From the NCBI RefSeq assembly GCF_004010195.1, contig NC_057747.1, positions 27,564,727-27,628,726 of the forward strand: a stretch of 64,000 nucleotides of DNA, in the 5' to 3' direction. Position numbers and translations under genes: made by a program. This DNA is from Chiloscyllium plagiosum (Eukaryota). Below, piece after piece: positions 1-13,140 of this stretch. Numbering within the stretch: the first letter of the stretch is position 1; every line of letters begins with the position of its first letter. The notes beneath the pieces were generated by a model, which was given only the letters and a program-made list of their open reading frames with translations, did not search any database and was not told where the DNA came from.

Positions 1-132
1 GAACTTCATCTAATTTCTCTGTCTTCTCTCGATTATCAGGGTGCCTTGGTCGGCTGGAACTCCGTCTTCTATCCACAGAAATCCCTTTTTTGAAAGGAGA
101 TTGATGATTAGATTCACTGTCTATATGATGTC
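1..132 (-). CDS. USP54: USP54 coding exon 11, truncated by the window edge (G-HHIDSESNHQSPFKKGISVDRRRSSSRPRHPDNREKTEKLDEV...)
   Basis: Acceptor tttgtctcag| at 134-133; phase 1 matches exon 10; reading frame open to position 1; similar to human GHLTDSECNQK...KKGSLIERKRSSGR (recalled). Confidence 0.85.
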
Positions 133-2040
133 CTGAGACAAAATATCAATTTCTCAGGTCAAAAGCATTAATTTTTAAAAAGAACTGAACATGGCAGGGA
201 AAGCTCAATTGATTCTCTGCCTCCAACTCACTGACTAATATAATGTTCCTAATAATCCATGTTGCATGATCGTAAGTCTCTTGCATTATCAAACAATAGT
301 GTCAATCGCTGTAATTATACTGTAGTTAGTGACCTCATATCTGAAAGTAACTGAGCTCTCCTCACTACCAGGAAAGCAAGTAAGCATCCTCAAATATAAT
401 GTTTCAGTAGCTGTTTCAGATTTCTGTGAAAATTTTCCTAACTACACCTTCCTATCTATTCCAAGCTTCTCAAGTCAGGTTGCATTTGTGCACTAAATAT
501 TAAACACCCCTCAAACTAAAATTGTATACACATTAGCAGACTTTTATCTTTAAAAAAGTAGTCAGCCATTTGCTTAACATGCAATGAAATCCCATCATCA
601 TGGCGAAAGGTGTTCAACCCAACTGACTGAGAGATCCACACCATTTCTTCAAACAGGCTCCCATCACTACTACAAAGAAATCCAAACCAATGTCACAAAT
701 TTCCATTACTCTGCCTTGTCCTGTCTGTGGTCCAAGTGTACCTTCTTTCTCTAATCTTATTCATTATTGACCGGTTCAAAGGAATCACTCACATTTGGCT
801 CCACTATCCCACAATGATAGCAGTGGTACCTGCAGCAACAATTTCTCTTCCCCTGCAATGAGGCTCCTCTCCTTGGCCCTTCATTTCCTCACCAACAGAC
901 TGATTGGTGGTGACATCACCTACAGACATAACAGCAGCTCCTGGAAGTGTGCAGATTACTCCTTTTACGATTAGATTTTTTTTAAGATGAAATGAAAGAA
1001 GAGTTTATGAACAAAACATTTAAAATGCAGGGGAACCGCTTTGCTACACACGGGAGCAGTTATCTGACCATTACTTCTGTGAACTTCTTCGGGACCTCTG
1101 CGCTTATCTGTTGTCTAGTTCTGGACTAGTCATAATTTACTTCAGTTGTAAGACTGGAGTTATAATAGCCTTTGACAAAGAATAGTCTGGCTACAAAATC
1201 TACGCATGCCATTATTTCCAGCTCCCTCCCCAAATAAGCTAAAATCTTTCAATCTTGTCATCTCAACGCACCTTGAACTATGTGTTTGATTCCTCATCAT
1301 TACAATGGTGAGCTGGTTCCAGAGCTATTCCGAGAACCCTTTACACAAGAACTACTTGTTGAGCCTGTGCATCACCTATTTTGATCAAATACCAGAGAAC
1401 ATTCAACATTTGCTGAGTTACCTGCAGCCTCTTTAGAAAAATCTCACTTCCCAACAAAAACGTTCCCCATTCCCTGTTCCGGTTATCTGCCAGGCTCACC
1501 ATGGCATGGCAAGCAGTGACCCATTTAAGCATGATCAAAACCAACAAGTAAAATGTAACTGATCAAAGTGCAGCAAACAGACATGGTAATCCAACTGTTA
1601 TAGTGACCAGATCACTGACATCCAAACAGCTCTCCAGGCTTTGTGCAGATTATTTTGGCTGATTTGACTATTTTAATTCTAGCTACCAAATTAATTCCAT
1701 ACTGCAAAACATTAAAAGACAGCATTAGCTGATTTGATTAAAAAAGGGAAATTCAAGTTTCAAGTCCTTCAACAGAACATATACTCATAAAATATTACTT
1801 ATATCTCCAAAGTGTCTGAAAAATTCTAAAGGCTCATTCAGTGAGTTGTAAATTTAAGAGAATTGCATCAATTTATTCTCAGCTTTTACAACATTTCAAT
1901 TTGTAGCATCCACAGTAAAATTTCCTTTGCTGAAATTACAATCCTTTATTATTTTAATTTAGTGAATTTTGCCAGGATCTGTACTGCAAATATTGATTTT
2001 CTATTCTTTGGGCTACACTTCAATTATAAATTTATAGTAC

Positions 2041-2211
2041 CTGTGTCCCTGCTGCTTTGAGAGGCTGTATCAATCTCCATGTTATAAATCACTGTACCCT
2101 GCGACTCAGAGGAGAAATGGCTGATCGCAGATTCATGATGACTGTGTTTGTAATGGTAGCTCTCATTAGAAGAATCTGTTCTGCTGTCACTCGATATAGA
2201 TGGTTCTCTTC
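2041..2211 (-). CDS. USP54: USP54 coding exon 10 ([58 protein letters not shown])
   Basis: 171 nt, phase 1-1; acceptor ttccttttcgtag|, donor G|gtacta; Ser-rich linker like vertebrate USP54. Confidence 0.93.
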
Positions 2212-3718
2212 CTACGAAAAGGAAAGCCATAAAATCATTCAGTAAGACTAACCACAACTCATCACAAATTGCTGTTTCATCTGCCATCTAAATTGGCTTT
2301 GGGTCACTAGTTTTGGCAAACATTTTCAAGGGAATGAAATTTAGCAGAGGGAACACAAATATTTTCACTGTTCAACAATGAAGCATCCATGAATCAATTC
2401 TTAATCTACATACAAGGCTTTCAAACTCCGCAATTTTCAAAGAACAGTTAAAAAAAACTAATAAAGGTGAGCACTGAGAAATTAATTAAAAGGAAAGAAA
2501 ACCTAAACACTATGCTTAGCAAATAAACACTTCACACACAAACTTGCCCCATGATTCAGTTTACATCATCTGGAAAATCATAAACCAGAATTAAGCAAAG
2601 CTCAAGCTCAAGACTCTAAATAGTAATAAAGAAGACTACAAGGAATGGTAATGAAAGGTTTGTAATCTTTGATTGCGAATGTATTGGACATTGATTGGAC
2701 ACAGCAAATGTGGGGTAACAAATGAGCACAAGTGGAATATACAATTAACAACTCCTCTTCCCTCACTAGTGTCAGAAGTACAACTTTTACTTGAGTGCAT
2801 TCCATTGGCACCTGTTGCCCTCTGGTGCCTTGTGATATATTACTTCTAAGACAGTGACTCATTCTTATTGTAGTCTTGTCAGTCAGTGCTATGATCAGGC
2901 CTGATATTCTGCCATTACCCAACATTCTCTTGTGCCTGGCTTGCGGTTCACAGCCCAAGATTGTAAAGGATAACTGAAGAGCAAACTAACCCTGATAACA
3001 GTACCCTGGGGAACAAAATGATACATCTCAGGAACACTGGCAAGGCATCTAACAATTGCGCATTGCTAGTGTATTGTCAGAGTGTTTTGTTTGTGGGCAT
3101 TGCCTAATTCTATTTTATGACTACAAACAAGCAGATGATTTGCTCTCACGACTCTATTGATGGCATTCTGAACAACCTTCAAAAAAGCCTGAGAAGGTTT
3201 GAGGCATTTTTACAAAGAGAAAGACAAAGCTGACACTCTCACTCGTCATGTCAAATATTCCCAAGAACAAAAAGTTACAATCGACTGTTGGTGAACATTT
3301 GGAAAAACTGATCATTTCACAAGGCATGAAAACCAATTTCACAACATAAAAGCAATATTTATATATGTCAATGTTTAAGGACTAATTCATTAAATATAGT
3401 CAAATGATCATAAGTCAAGTATTTTTTGCCCATCCCCATTTTCCTTTGAGTCAGTGGTGGAGAGTCACCGTCTTCAAATGTTGCAGTCCATTTGGTGCTG
3501 ATAGATAGGAAGCTTCAGGACTTTGATCCACGAAAAATGAAGGAACAGTAATTTATTCCCAAAGTGGGATGGTTTGTGGTTTGGAAGAGAATTTGGAATT
3601 AAAATATTCTGACAGTCCTGTTCCTCAAAACGCCCATGTTGAATCAAATTCAACTAGAGAGATTTTATTCACCCATGAATAATCATACAATTGTAGAATG
3701 TGACAGTCCAGAAGCAAG

Positions 3719-4051
3719 TTAGATTAGATTACATTAGATTAGATTACTTAGCGTGGAAACAGGCCCTGTGGCCCAACAAGTCCACACCGACCCGCCGAAG
3801 CGTAACCCACCCAAACCCATTCTCCTACCTTTGCCCCTTCATCTAACACTACGGGCAATTTAGCATGGCCAATTCACCTGACCTGCACATTTTTGGATTG
3901 TGGGAGGAAACCGGAGTACCCGGAGGAAACCCACGCAGACACAGGGAGAATGTGCAAACTCCACACACACAGTTGCCTGAGGAGGGAATTGAACCCGGGT
4001 CTCTTGGCGCTGCGAGGCAGCAGTGCTAACCACTATGCCACCGTGTCACCC
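3719..4051 (-). mobile_element. tRNA-derived V-SINE (HE1-like), full length
   Basis: Reverse complement shows an A-box (TGGCATAGTGG), B-box (GGTTCAATTCC), V-domain (TGTGTGGAGTTTGCACATTCTCCC...GGGTTTCCTCCGGGTACTCCGGTTTCCTCCCAC), LINE-like 3' end and (TAATC)n tail. Confidence 0.88.
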
Positions 4052-4099
4052 ACTTTGGCCTATTTAATTTATGATCGCTTTAACAACAGTTGAATTAAT

Positions 4100-4850
4100 C
4101 CCAATGTCCTGCCTTTACACCAAGCCCCAACATTTTTCCTCCTTTAGTTTCCCCCTACAGCTCTCTTTTGAAAGAGAAGAGTGCAGTAGTCTGCATCTAT
4201 CTTTTAGATAGTGCATTCCAGATCTAAACAGCTGTTAGATGAAAAACGGTTTCTTCCGTCACCTTTGGACCTTTTGTCATTTTATATTAATGCTAACAGT
4301 CCTAAAATCTTTAATCCACCTACTTAATTGAAGTTTCTCACCCTGGAACCATTTTCATTCAACTTTTCTGCACTTTCTGTAATGCTTTCTTTCCAGAACT
4401 GCAGTTGAGATCGATATAACTTCCTAGCTTTTGGACTCTACGTCTCTATTAATAAAGCTTCGGATGCTGCACGCTATTTAACTGCTCTTTCAACTTGTCC
4501 TGCTACCTTCAATGATTTGTGCACCATGACTTCAGCACCCCCTTTAGAGCTCTGGTCTTTATTTTATATTATCTCTCCATGTTCTTCCTACCATAATGAA
4601 TCACTTCTCCGTTTCTGCATCTAATACTTGTTTGCCCATTCCGCTAAACTTTGTCCTTTTGAAGTTTTACACAATCTCCCCACAGTTCACAATCTGTCCA
4701 GGTGCCTCATGATTTTGAAAACCTCCACCAAAGTTCTGCTCAATGTTTCCTTCTCCAAGGAGAATGATTCAATTTCTCCAACCCATTCAAGTAACTGAAG
4801 TCCTCATCCCTGAAACTATTCCTGTAAATCTCTTTAATTTCTTGAAAATT
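4100..4850 (-). mobile_element. Highly decayed CR1-type LINE 3' fragment
   Basis: Patchy similarity to the reverse complement of better-preserved CR1 RT/3' regions in this window. Confidence 0.5.
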
Positions 4851-4866
4851 TTGAAGTTATAATTAC

Positions 4867-5029
4867 CTGAATCTTCACTGTCATAACAGGTCCTGTACTG
4901 GTGAGAATCTGCTAGGGCCAGATCCTGTACAGACACAGGAGTGCCTCTCGGATCTGCATACAAAAGTAGTAACGGTTGATAGTGGCTCTTAATGCATCTG
5001 GTCAGTACGTCCTTCCACTTGGGTCCAAT
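4867..5029 (-). CDS. USP54: USP54 coding exon 9 ([55 protein letters not shown])
   Basis: 163 nt, phase 0-1; acceptor tttgatttag|, donor G|gtaatt; end of the USP domain (YQPLLLLY). Confidence 0.95.
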
Positions 5030-5778
5030 CTAAATCAAAAATATGAAGAATTGCAACACTGGATTTGTTACTGTACTGCCTTATCCGCACAAACTGTTTC
5101 AATTTTTGTTAAACTGGCATTCATAATCCAAAAATGTCTAAAAATATGGCCTTCATAAAACTTAAACTGTACTTAGTCATGTTACATGCTAATTTATTTC
5201 TGACCGTTTGTGGGAACTGGAGCTAAAGCTCCTTGCAACAGTAACAAACAGGGTACTCATTCCTAATTTGGGTCAGATGCTTTTATGTAAAAAGGAACAA
5301 GAGCAACTATTTTCAATTGGCAATCTCAACTGAGAATTACATATAGAGGTAAAAGTAGGAGAAAAGTAAAAAAAGGCTGCATTGTCACTGATATATTTAG
5401 TTAACATTGCATACAACTAGTAAATCCTACAGGTGGCATGGTTCTGAATTAAACATTGCAGCATTCAAATGAAATTACTGAGGGAAAATGTTCCGACCAT
5501 TCCACACACCTTCATTATGCATGTGTTTTTATACATGTAGGGGGTGGCAGGGGAATGGCTCACATTCTTTCACGCAGTTGTCAGAATTTACAGTTCCAAC
5601 AACATTCTAAATCATGCACATGGGAAGTAAAGGTATAAGCAAAGTCACGGCTGTCATAGTTATCTTGAGCTGTATTCATCTCTAGGTGATCAGTCATTTG
5701 GAGGCCAAGAATTTAATGTGTCTTGAAAAAAAATACATCAATGACAATAATGCAGCATTTTAGGTAAAGACCTCCTAC

Positions 5779-5928
5779 CTCTTTCACATGGGCATCATCA
5801 AAATACATCCACTTGCGAATTTTTGTTTGGAAAAAGAAGGTAGAATAGTGTTTACCATAGTAACACACCATCCCTACCAAATAGAGCTCTGTGTGTTTAG
5901 CTTTATCATCTGTCACCCGATAGAAAAG
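5779..5928 (-). CDS. USP54: USP54 coding exon 8 ([50 protein letters not shown]; His box)
   Basis: 150 nt, phase 0-0; acceptor attttgcag|, donor GAG|gtagga; GKHY His codon CAC at 5850-5848 and WxxFDD motif. Confidence 0.95.
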
Positions 5929-7529
5929 CTGCAAAATACAAAGGATATCCAATAAAAGACAGATTAAATTATGGCAGGCTATGTCTAATCAGCCTTGTTT
6001 ACAATGGTAAGAGATTATGTCAATTGCCACTTTAGTTATTTGCGCTTTTCAGAAAGCAAAATGACAAATCTTAGTCCATCGACCAACGAACAAGATAAAA
6101 CATTGACTAAATTACCTGAAATCAAGCTTTTTTATAAGCTAGTCAATGTTTCAATTTAAGAGCATGGGGTGCTGTTTATGCCACTGTTTGACCTTGTTGG
6201 AAACAATACAATGTTGCAGACATCAAGGCTCCTAAACATTCCACAAATTACCCAAGGGGGTTTACTGGCCACTGTTCATTAACAAGGGAATTAGAACCCA
6301 AGAGTGTGTGGATGCATAGCTGGAAATAAAAGTTCTGAGAGGACCATAAATGCTGTGAGATTTCTGCACTTCTTGGTATACTCTTTCTGCCTCAGTTACG
6401 ACTTGCCGAGAGTAAACCGTGATAGCCTCAAACTAAGGGGGGGGGGGCGGAGACAACTCTAAATTTAAAAAATGATTTTGTGTTAATACATTTTATGCTT
6501 TTCAATATTTGTGCCTTTAATGGCACTGACTGAATGCTGGGTCTTTGTCAACCACATTAAAACCTTTATATGATCAATAGGGATTCTAGGCAGTGGACTG
6601 AGTCTACATTTACAATTCTATTGTAGAATTGGTGAAATATGATTTCTATTTGTAATCTGAATTTGGACCCAGAAACATATAATGTATTTCATTTTTAAAT
6701 TCAGAAAGGGTTTTTATTTTGCTTTATTCCACTGTATTGAAAAAACACACGACAATCAGCCATGGAATGTGGAAAATAGATTCAAATTGGCAAGGCAACT
6801 TAATAAAAAGGAACAGTTGCCATAACAAATGCTGTGACTGCTGAGTTATTTAATCAGTTCTTCACTGATTTTATTTCTGCATTCCAGACCTGACAGCGAC
6901 TGTTTAGAGAAAAATGCAGTGCAATCAATGGATACTCCCAGATCTTTTTCTAAATTTCTGATCTACATTCACTATCTTAAATGTCTCCATTCAGTACAAT
7001 TACATTTATAAAAGCTATAAGCTTGTGTTGCTAAGGCAACAGCAAACAGTTATTCTCATCTTCTATAAAGAGAATTGAAAAATGGCACAAAAATGGAAAC
7101 TAGCAAATCTTTTGCTAAATCTACAATGTGCAAATACAATTCAGACACTAATAAGGAGTGGACATAAATACATTGTGGCCTGTACATTTTAATCTACAAT
7201 AGCACCTAAGCTGGCTCATGAGCCACAGTAATGCATAACATTCACAGAAATGGTGCAATGCATGTTACTAAATGGTGAAGCAGTACATTAGTTCAATAGT
7301 ATTTTTCCAATAACGAATGCCTTCAAATGAATTAGCCTGTAATCTTTTGCAGCCAAAACTGACCTTAAAATACAAAAGAAATTTTCAAAATATCAAGTAG
7401 ATTGCTCGTCAGTACTTCAATGCTGATTTCCACTATAGAGATGGTGGGCAAATGTCAAAATAAAAATGTTCTAAAACCACAAACACATGCCACTTTCATG
7501 CCTACATGAACTCCTAATGTTCTACTAAT

Positions 7530-8410
7530 TCCATTAGATCATTCAAGGTGCGAGACAGGTGGAAATAGCAATTAATGTCCTTGGCTTTATTAAAAGAGGC
7601 ATAGAATACAGAGCAAGGATTTGATGTTGAACCTCTAAGACGTGCTATAACTGGTGTACTGTGTACAGTTGTGGGCATCACATTAGAGGAAAGATGTGAG
7701 TGCATTGGAGAGAGTGCAGAAGAGGTTTATGAGAATGGTTCTAAGAATGAGAAACTGCAGTTATGAGGGTAAATGGAAGAAGTCAGGACTGCTCTCCTTG
7801 GAGAGAAGAGGTTTTCAAAACCATGAGCAGACTGGATAGAGTAGATGGGGAGGAGTTGTTCCTGCCTGGTAAGGGAACAAGAATGAGAGGTTTAAATGTG
7901 GTAAAGATGACAATGTTTTCACATATTGGATATGAAACATAGTGGAGCCAGGTTCAGTTGTGGGCGGCACGGTGGCACAGTGGTTAGCACTGCTGCCACA
8001 CAGCGCCAGAGACCCGGGTTCAATTCCCGCCTCAGGCGACTGACTGTGTGGAGTTTGCACGTTCTCCCCGTGTCTGTGTGGGTTTCCTCCGGGTGCTCCG
8101 GTTTCCTCCCACCATCCAAAGATGTGCAGGGTCAGGTGAATTGGCCATACTAAATTGCCTGTAGTGTTAGGTAAGGGGTAAATGTAGGGGTAGGGGTGGT
8201 TTGCGCTTCGGCGGGTCGGTGTGGATTTGTTGGGCTGAAGGGCCTGTTTCCACACTGTAATCTAATCTAATCTAATCTAATTGAGGAATTCAAGAGGGTG
8301 GATAATTATTTGAATACAAATAGTGTGCAAGGGTAAGGGGAAAAAAGGAGATTGACACTTGTAATGATGCTTGTTTGAAGGCATGACTGGCCAAATGGCT
8401 CCAAAATCAT
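7530..8410 (+). mobile_element. Decayed CR1-type LINE 3' fragment (split by the V-SINE)
   Basis: Remnants of the ALERVQKRF and LFSLERR motifs and a CR1 3' UTR-like end. Confidence 0.7.
7962..8281 (+). mobile_element. tRNA-derived V-SINE (HE1-like), full length, inserted in a CR1 fragment
   Basis: A-box TGGCACAGTGG, B-box GGTTCAATTCC, V-domain, (TAATC)4 tail; same family as 3719-4051 in the opposite orientation. Confidence 0.9.
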
Positions 8411-8566
8411 TCTGTGATTTAATCAGAATAATAAATTTTAGAGTTATAAATGAATAGTTCTTTACAAACTAGGTTATAAAGCTATAATATTAACAAATGA
8501 CTTGCACTTCAAATAATGAGAGGCAAAGGAAGCAGCACTAACTCAAATCAAAGAACTGCATTAGAA

Positions 8567-8771
8567 GTAGATAAAAAACCCAAAAAACTGCAGATGCTGT
8601 AAATCAAAAACAAAAACAGAAGTTGCTAGAAAAGCTCAGCAGGTTTGGCACCATCTGTGAAGAGAAATCAGAGTTAACATTGGGTTGCTGGACCCAAAAT
8701 GTTATCTTTGATTTCTCTGCACAGTTGCTGCCAGATCTACTGAGCTTTTCCAGCAACTTTTGTTTTTGTTT
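8567..8771. mobile_element. Short palindromic PLE-terminus-derived insertion (degenerate, ribozyme core lost)
   Basis: Imperfect inverted arms (aacagaagttgctagaaaagctcagcagg / ctactgagcttttccagcaacttttgtt); 11-bp TSD CTGCATTAGAA at 8556-8566 and 8772-8782. Confidence 0.75.
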
Positions 8772-9139
8772 CTGCATTAGAACTAAGATTACTGCATTGG
8801 ATTATGTGAACAACTGATTTAAACATAATTTAAATTACTGCAAATACTCATAGATGTTTTAACCATCTAATAAATTATTTGATTGGTTTTAGTCTTTGCA
8901 AAAATTAAATGTCCGCAAAATGAATGTTCAAATAAATGAAAAATGCACAAAGATTTAATTGCATAACTTTGATAATCAAACAATAGTGTGTAGGAACAAA
9001 AACTGGTTATCCTGCCCATGAAGCTAGTCTGAAATTCCATTAAATGATATATAAATATAAGTTGATACTATGATTTAATTAACAAACATGGGCCTAACAA
9101 GTAACACTCACATTCTCAGAACAAATGTATATCAGAAAA

Positions 9140-10150
9140 GATTTACTGATCTCAATCTTTAGAATTTCAATTGACCCATATTCACAGGCTTTTTAGGGGA
9201 AGTTCCGGATATGCAATTCCTGTCGTTTAGAAATGCTTCTTGATTTTACTTCCAAACTGCCTGCCTCTAATATTAAGATTGTACCCTTGTTTTGGATTTC
9301 CTGTAATTGAATTACCTTCTCTCTAGCTAGCCAATCATCATCAAGCTTTTTCACCATTTTAAGAATTTCAATGAGATCAGCTGAAAATTCCTTCTGCTTT
9401 TCCACTGTTTCTAGTTCCAGCACTATGTGACCATCCAAATTTGCCTTTCGCAAAGCGAATGTGGATTGCTCAACATTTCTTCACACTACCACAACTCCAT
9501 CTTGTATATCTTCTCTCACCTACTAAGTCTCTGTCTCTTTGCAACTTCATGCTTCCAAAATGTACATTTCTCTATTATTCCAACCAAGTCATTACTATAG
9601 ATGGTGTAATGCTGAGAGCCGAGTACAGATTCCTCACAACCACTACCCAATACAGCTCACCAAGCAGAGATCATTCACTCTTTTCTAAAATCTGTGGCCC
9701 TTACCTCACAAGCCAAATATCAGCCAACGTAACTGAATTCTCACCAATCCAGGACACTTTTATTTTTGCTATTAATTTCTTGCAGGGAATCATACCCATA
9801 GCTTCCAGAAAACAGAAGAGGCCTTTGGTCTGAAAAAAACTGAAGCCCGTTTGACAACGTTTAAATGCATTTCCTATTCACCTTGTTACTGGTCTTAAGC
9901 AATTCAGAAAGCTTAGTCCACCATGACATACCCATCATAAATCTACAATGATACTGTTCGTTCTGAACATTTCTAGAAATTTATCCACATCTGGTGTCAA
10001 ACTGATGGGCCTGCAGTGTCCTGGGTTATGCCTCCGGCTCATCCTTAATGCAATAGCAGCATTTACAATTTTCCAATCCATTAGATTGGATTCCTTAATC
10101 TTTAGACCTTCGGAAAATTGCGCACATAAATCCAACTATATTTTCCTTTG
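9140..10150 (-). mobile_element. Decayed CR1-type LINE fragments
   Basis: Track ORF 9935..10135 (DWKIVNAA...HNPGHCRPISLT) is a CR1 RT N-terminal relic. Confidence 0.65.
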
Positions 10151-10279
10151 CCATTTCTTTACTTCAATTAAACCTAATGCCCTACTGAATCTGCTTTTAG
10201 GGTTCTTGTTGATATTTTTGAGAATTTAGATTTTTTTTCCCCCTTATTGTGCAATAATAAACAGCTATGGTCATCTTAC

Positions 10280-10426
10280 ATCTCCCAACTTGAGGCACGT
10301 TCCTAGGCTATGGATAACATCTTCAGCAAGATCAGAATGATCAGAGTCCCAGACCAGACCAATAGTAATTATCTCCGGCGAGTTCATCAACACTTTGCGG
10401 ATTCTGATCTTCTCACCACAGTTGCT
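10280..10426 (-). CDS. USP54: USP54 coding exon 7 ([49 protein letters not shown])
   Basis: 147 nt, phase 0-0; acceptor ttcctttacag|, donor GAT|gtaaga; manual translation. Confidence 0.95.
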
Positions 10427-10649
10427 CTGTAAAGGAAATCAAAAGTTATTTTTTGAGAAAAAAAGATGTAGGTAGTTCCCTCCATGATACATATAAAACA
10501 AAGACAAACAAGAACAATGCCTACTTTACACTGACAGGTCAAAATTAAGTCTGAGAGATAATTGTCAGGAGGCTGCTATTCAGCCCACAGAGTTCACATA
10601 GCTCTCAGTATAGCAATCCAATCACCCTCTTTTTACTACTTAGAACACT

Positions 10650-10790
10650 TAGAACTTCTGAAGAAGGGTCACTACACCCAAAATGTTAACTCTGCTTTCT
10701 TGCCACAGATGCTGCCTAACTTGCCAAAACTTTTCAGCAAGTTCTGGTTTTGTTTCTGATTTCCAGCATCTGTAGTTCTCAGTTTTCCTC
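10650..10790 (+). mobile_element. PLE-terminus-derived repeat with a decayed hammerhead-like core
   Basis: CTGAAGA-a-GGGT-cactac-ACCC-aaaa followed by the family tail (cagatgctgcc...ccagcatctgtag). Confidence 0.6.
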
Positions 10791-10799
10791 AAATGAGGC

Positions 10800-13140
10800 C
10801 ATTTGGGTAAAATTTATAGACAAATAAAAGGGACAATCACACTGTTAGGAGAGTACTACAGTCACCCAAAACAATCACAAGAGATACAGAGGGCAGATAG
10901 GCAGGCAGATCACAATGAAGTTTAAAAACAACAGCAACAATTGTAAGGGATTTCAAGCTTTCCAATACTAACTCAGAATTTTTGCTTAACTCTTTCATGG
11001 GTTATGAGTGCAAGTAGCTAGGTCAACATTTAATGCCCAGCCTTAACTGCCCTCAAACCTAGTGGTGTGCTTGGCCTTTTCAGAGTTAACGACAGTGCTG
11101 AGAGTCGAGAGTCACAAAGAAGCCAGAGCAGGTAGGGAACAGCAGATTTCCTTCCCTAAAAGACATTAGCAATCAAGTGGGTTTTTACAACAATGTTTAT
11201 ATACGGTTGCCATTAGGCAAGATTTTCACACTACATTTTTACTGAATTCAAATTTCATCATCTGCCATAATATGTTTTGAACCCACATCCCCAAAACGAT
11301 TAATCAAGTTAGGTTACCTTAATGTCACAGTCTCCCCATCAGTGTGCAGGACTTAAAGGGGGCAGAACAGTTAAAATATATCTAGTGAGCTTTTTAGGAA
11401 ATGGAAAAGGACAAAGATAGAACAGAATCAAGATTGTAAGTAATGTTATGGACTGTGGAAGGCCAATTTTAATATGATAAGACAGGAACTGGTCAAAGTG
11501 GACGAAGAGCAAGTACCTCTACATCACAGAAATGAGAGTTCTTCAAAAAATGAAACAGTAAAAGTGCAAGGCCAGAATGCTCTTGTAATGGTAAAGGATG
11601 GCCACTGAAGAGGTGCAAGAGAACAGAAGGGCAGCTAATTTGGTACAATTATTTAAGATGGATGGTAAGGAAAAATGAAAAACCAGGGGTAGGGGAACTA
11701 TTGAAATAGATTCTGAGGTGCAGAATTCATCTCTACTTGGAGAGGAAAGCATTAATCAAGGATAGTCAACATTATTTTGTCGGGGGAGATCATGTCTTAC
11801 AAATTTGAGTGTAAGTTTCGAGGAGGTGACCAAGTGTGCAGATATGGGTTGCAATTGGTGGATCTACATGAATTTCATTAAAGATTTTGACAAGATCTCA
11901 TACACTATTAGAATGATGTGATTAAAAAGAGAGGGCGCAGAAGAGATTTTTTAATTCATTCATGGGAGGTGAGTGTTGCTAGTTGAGCTAGTTGGGCCAG
12001 CATTTATTTCTGATCTCCAGCTGTCCTTGAGAAGTTGGCGGTGTGCTAACTTCGTGAGCCACTGCAGCCCATTTGGTTTTAGTTAGAGCCCACAATGGCA
12101 TTGGGAGGGAGTTCCAAGATTTTGACCGATCAACAGTAAAAGAATGGTGACAAAAAGTGAGAGTGCACTCAAGATTTACTAAACTGATTCATGGGATGGC
12201 AGGATTGACACATGAGGAGAAGTTGAGTTGTTTCTGATTGTACTCACTGGAGTTTAGAAGAATGAGGGGTGGTGTCACAGAAATCTATAAAATTTTAACA
12301 AGGTTGGATAGATTAGATGCAGGAAGGATTGTGGGGAGTCCAGAACAAGGAGTCATAAGCATTAGGAGTAAACCTTTTAAGAGTGAGATGAGAAGGAATT
12401 TCTCACACAGTCAGCAGTGAGCCTGTGGAATTCACTACCATAATATTTTGGCCTCAGCCACTTTCTGTGTCTCTTCAAAGATGAGGTTAATATAGCTCTT
12501 GTAGCCAAGGGAATCAAGAATTATGGGGAGACAGCAGGAGTAGGGCATTGAACTCAATGGTCAGCCATGATCATAATGAGTGGCAAAGCAGGCTTGAGGG
12601 GTTGAAAAGCTATTCCTTCTATTTTCTATGATTTTAAAAATATTTCTATATTTCCAACTCAGGATGGCAAGTGACTTGGAGGGGAAATTGCCTGGGCTAG
12701 AGCATGAAGACAGATGAGACAGGGTGGAGCTAATTTCCCTACAGCACAAAAGACTTACAGGGGATTGGATTAAGATGTACAAAATTTGGGGGGGGGGGGG
12801 GGGGGGTGCAGGAGGAGGAGGAGGCGGAGATAGGACAGATTAGAAGAGTCCCCTTAGTGGAAGAGTCTATAGCCAGAGCCCCAAACTTAAGGTCAGGGCA
12901 GATTTAGAGTGATTTTGAGGAAATTATGTTTCACCCAGAGGGTGGGACCTATCTTGAACTCACTGCCTGAAAGTGTGTTAGAGGCAAGAACCCTCTCAAA
13001 CATTTAGGAAGTGTTTAGATGAACACTTCAAACACTATTGCATACAAGGCTACAGGTCAAGGGCCGGAAAACAAGTAGACAGTGTCAGATGGCTGGCGTG
13101 GACACAACGGCCTGAAGTTACATCAGGCAGTTTTGCAACA
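10800..13140 (+). mobile_element. Patchwork of decayed CR1-type LINE fragments
   Basis: Remnants of SQHxFxxGRSCLTNL, LYSLEFRRMRG (track ORF 12238..12420) and two CR1 3' ends. Confidence 0.65.
10985..11340 (-). mobile_element. Old SINE, second family (shares its 3' tail with the second LINE family)
   Basis: Reverse complement of the core seen at 56040-56370 (catctggttcact...ggaaatct.ccatccttacctggtctg...aataaatgctggc); related copies near 23640-23760 and 58700-58990. Confidence 0.6.

Noticed and set aside
1030-1130. Possible GIY-YIG-like 'GNRFATH' remnant
   Set aside because: Too short and degenerate to support a call.
7962-8035. tRNA-like sequence with A and B boxes
   Set aside because: It is the head of a SINE continuing into a V-domain and tail, not a tRNA gene.
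7815-8255. 146-aa ORF and similar ORFs at 3893..4093 and 7919..8119
   Set aside because: Chance frames across V-SINEs.
12788-12830. Poly-G/GGA tract as a functional G-quadruplex (also 6437-6448, 37195-37212, 38429-38441)
   Set aside because: Simple homopolymer runs, two of them inside decayed TEs; no evidence of function.
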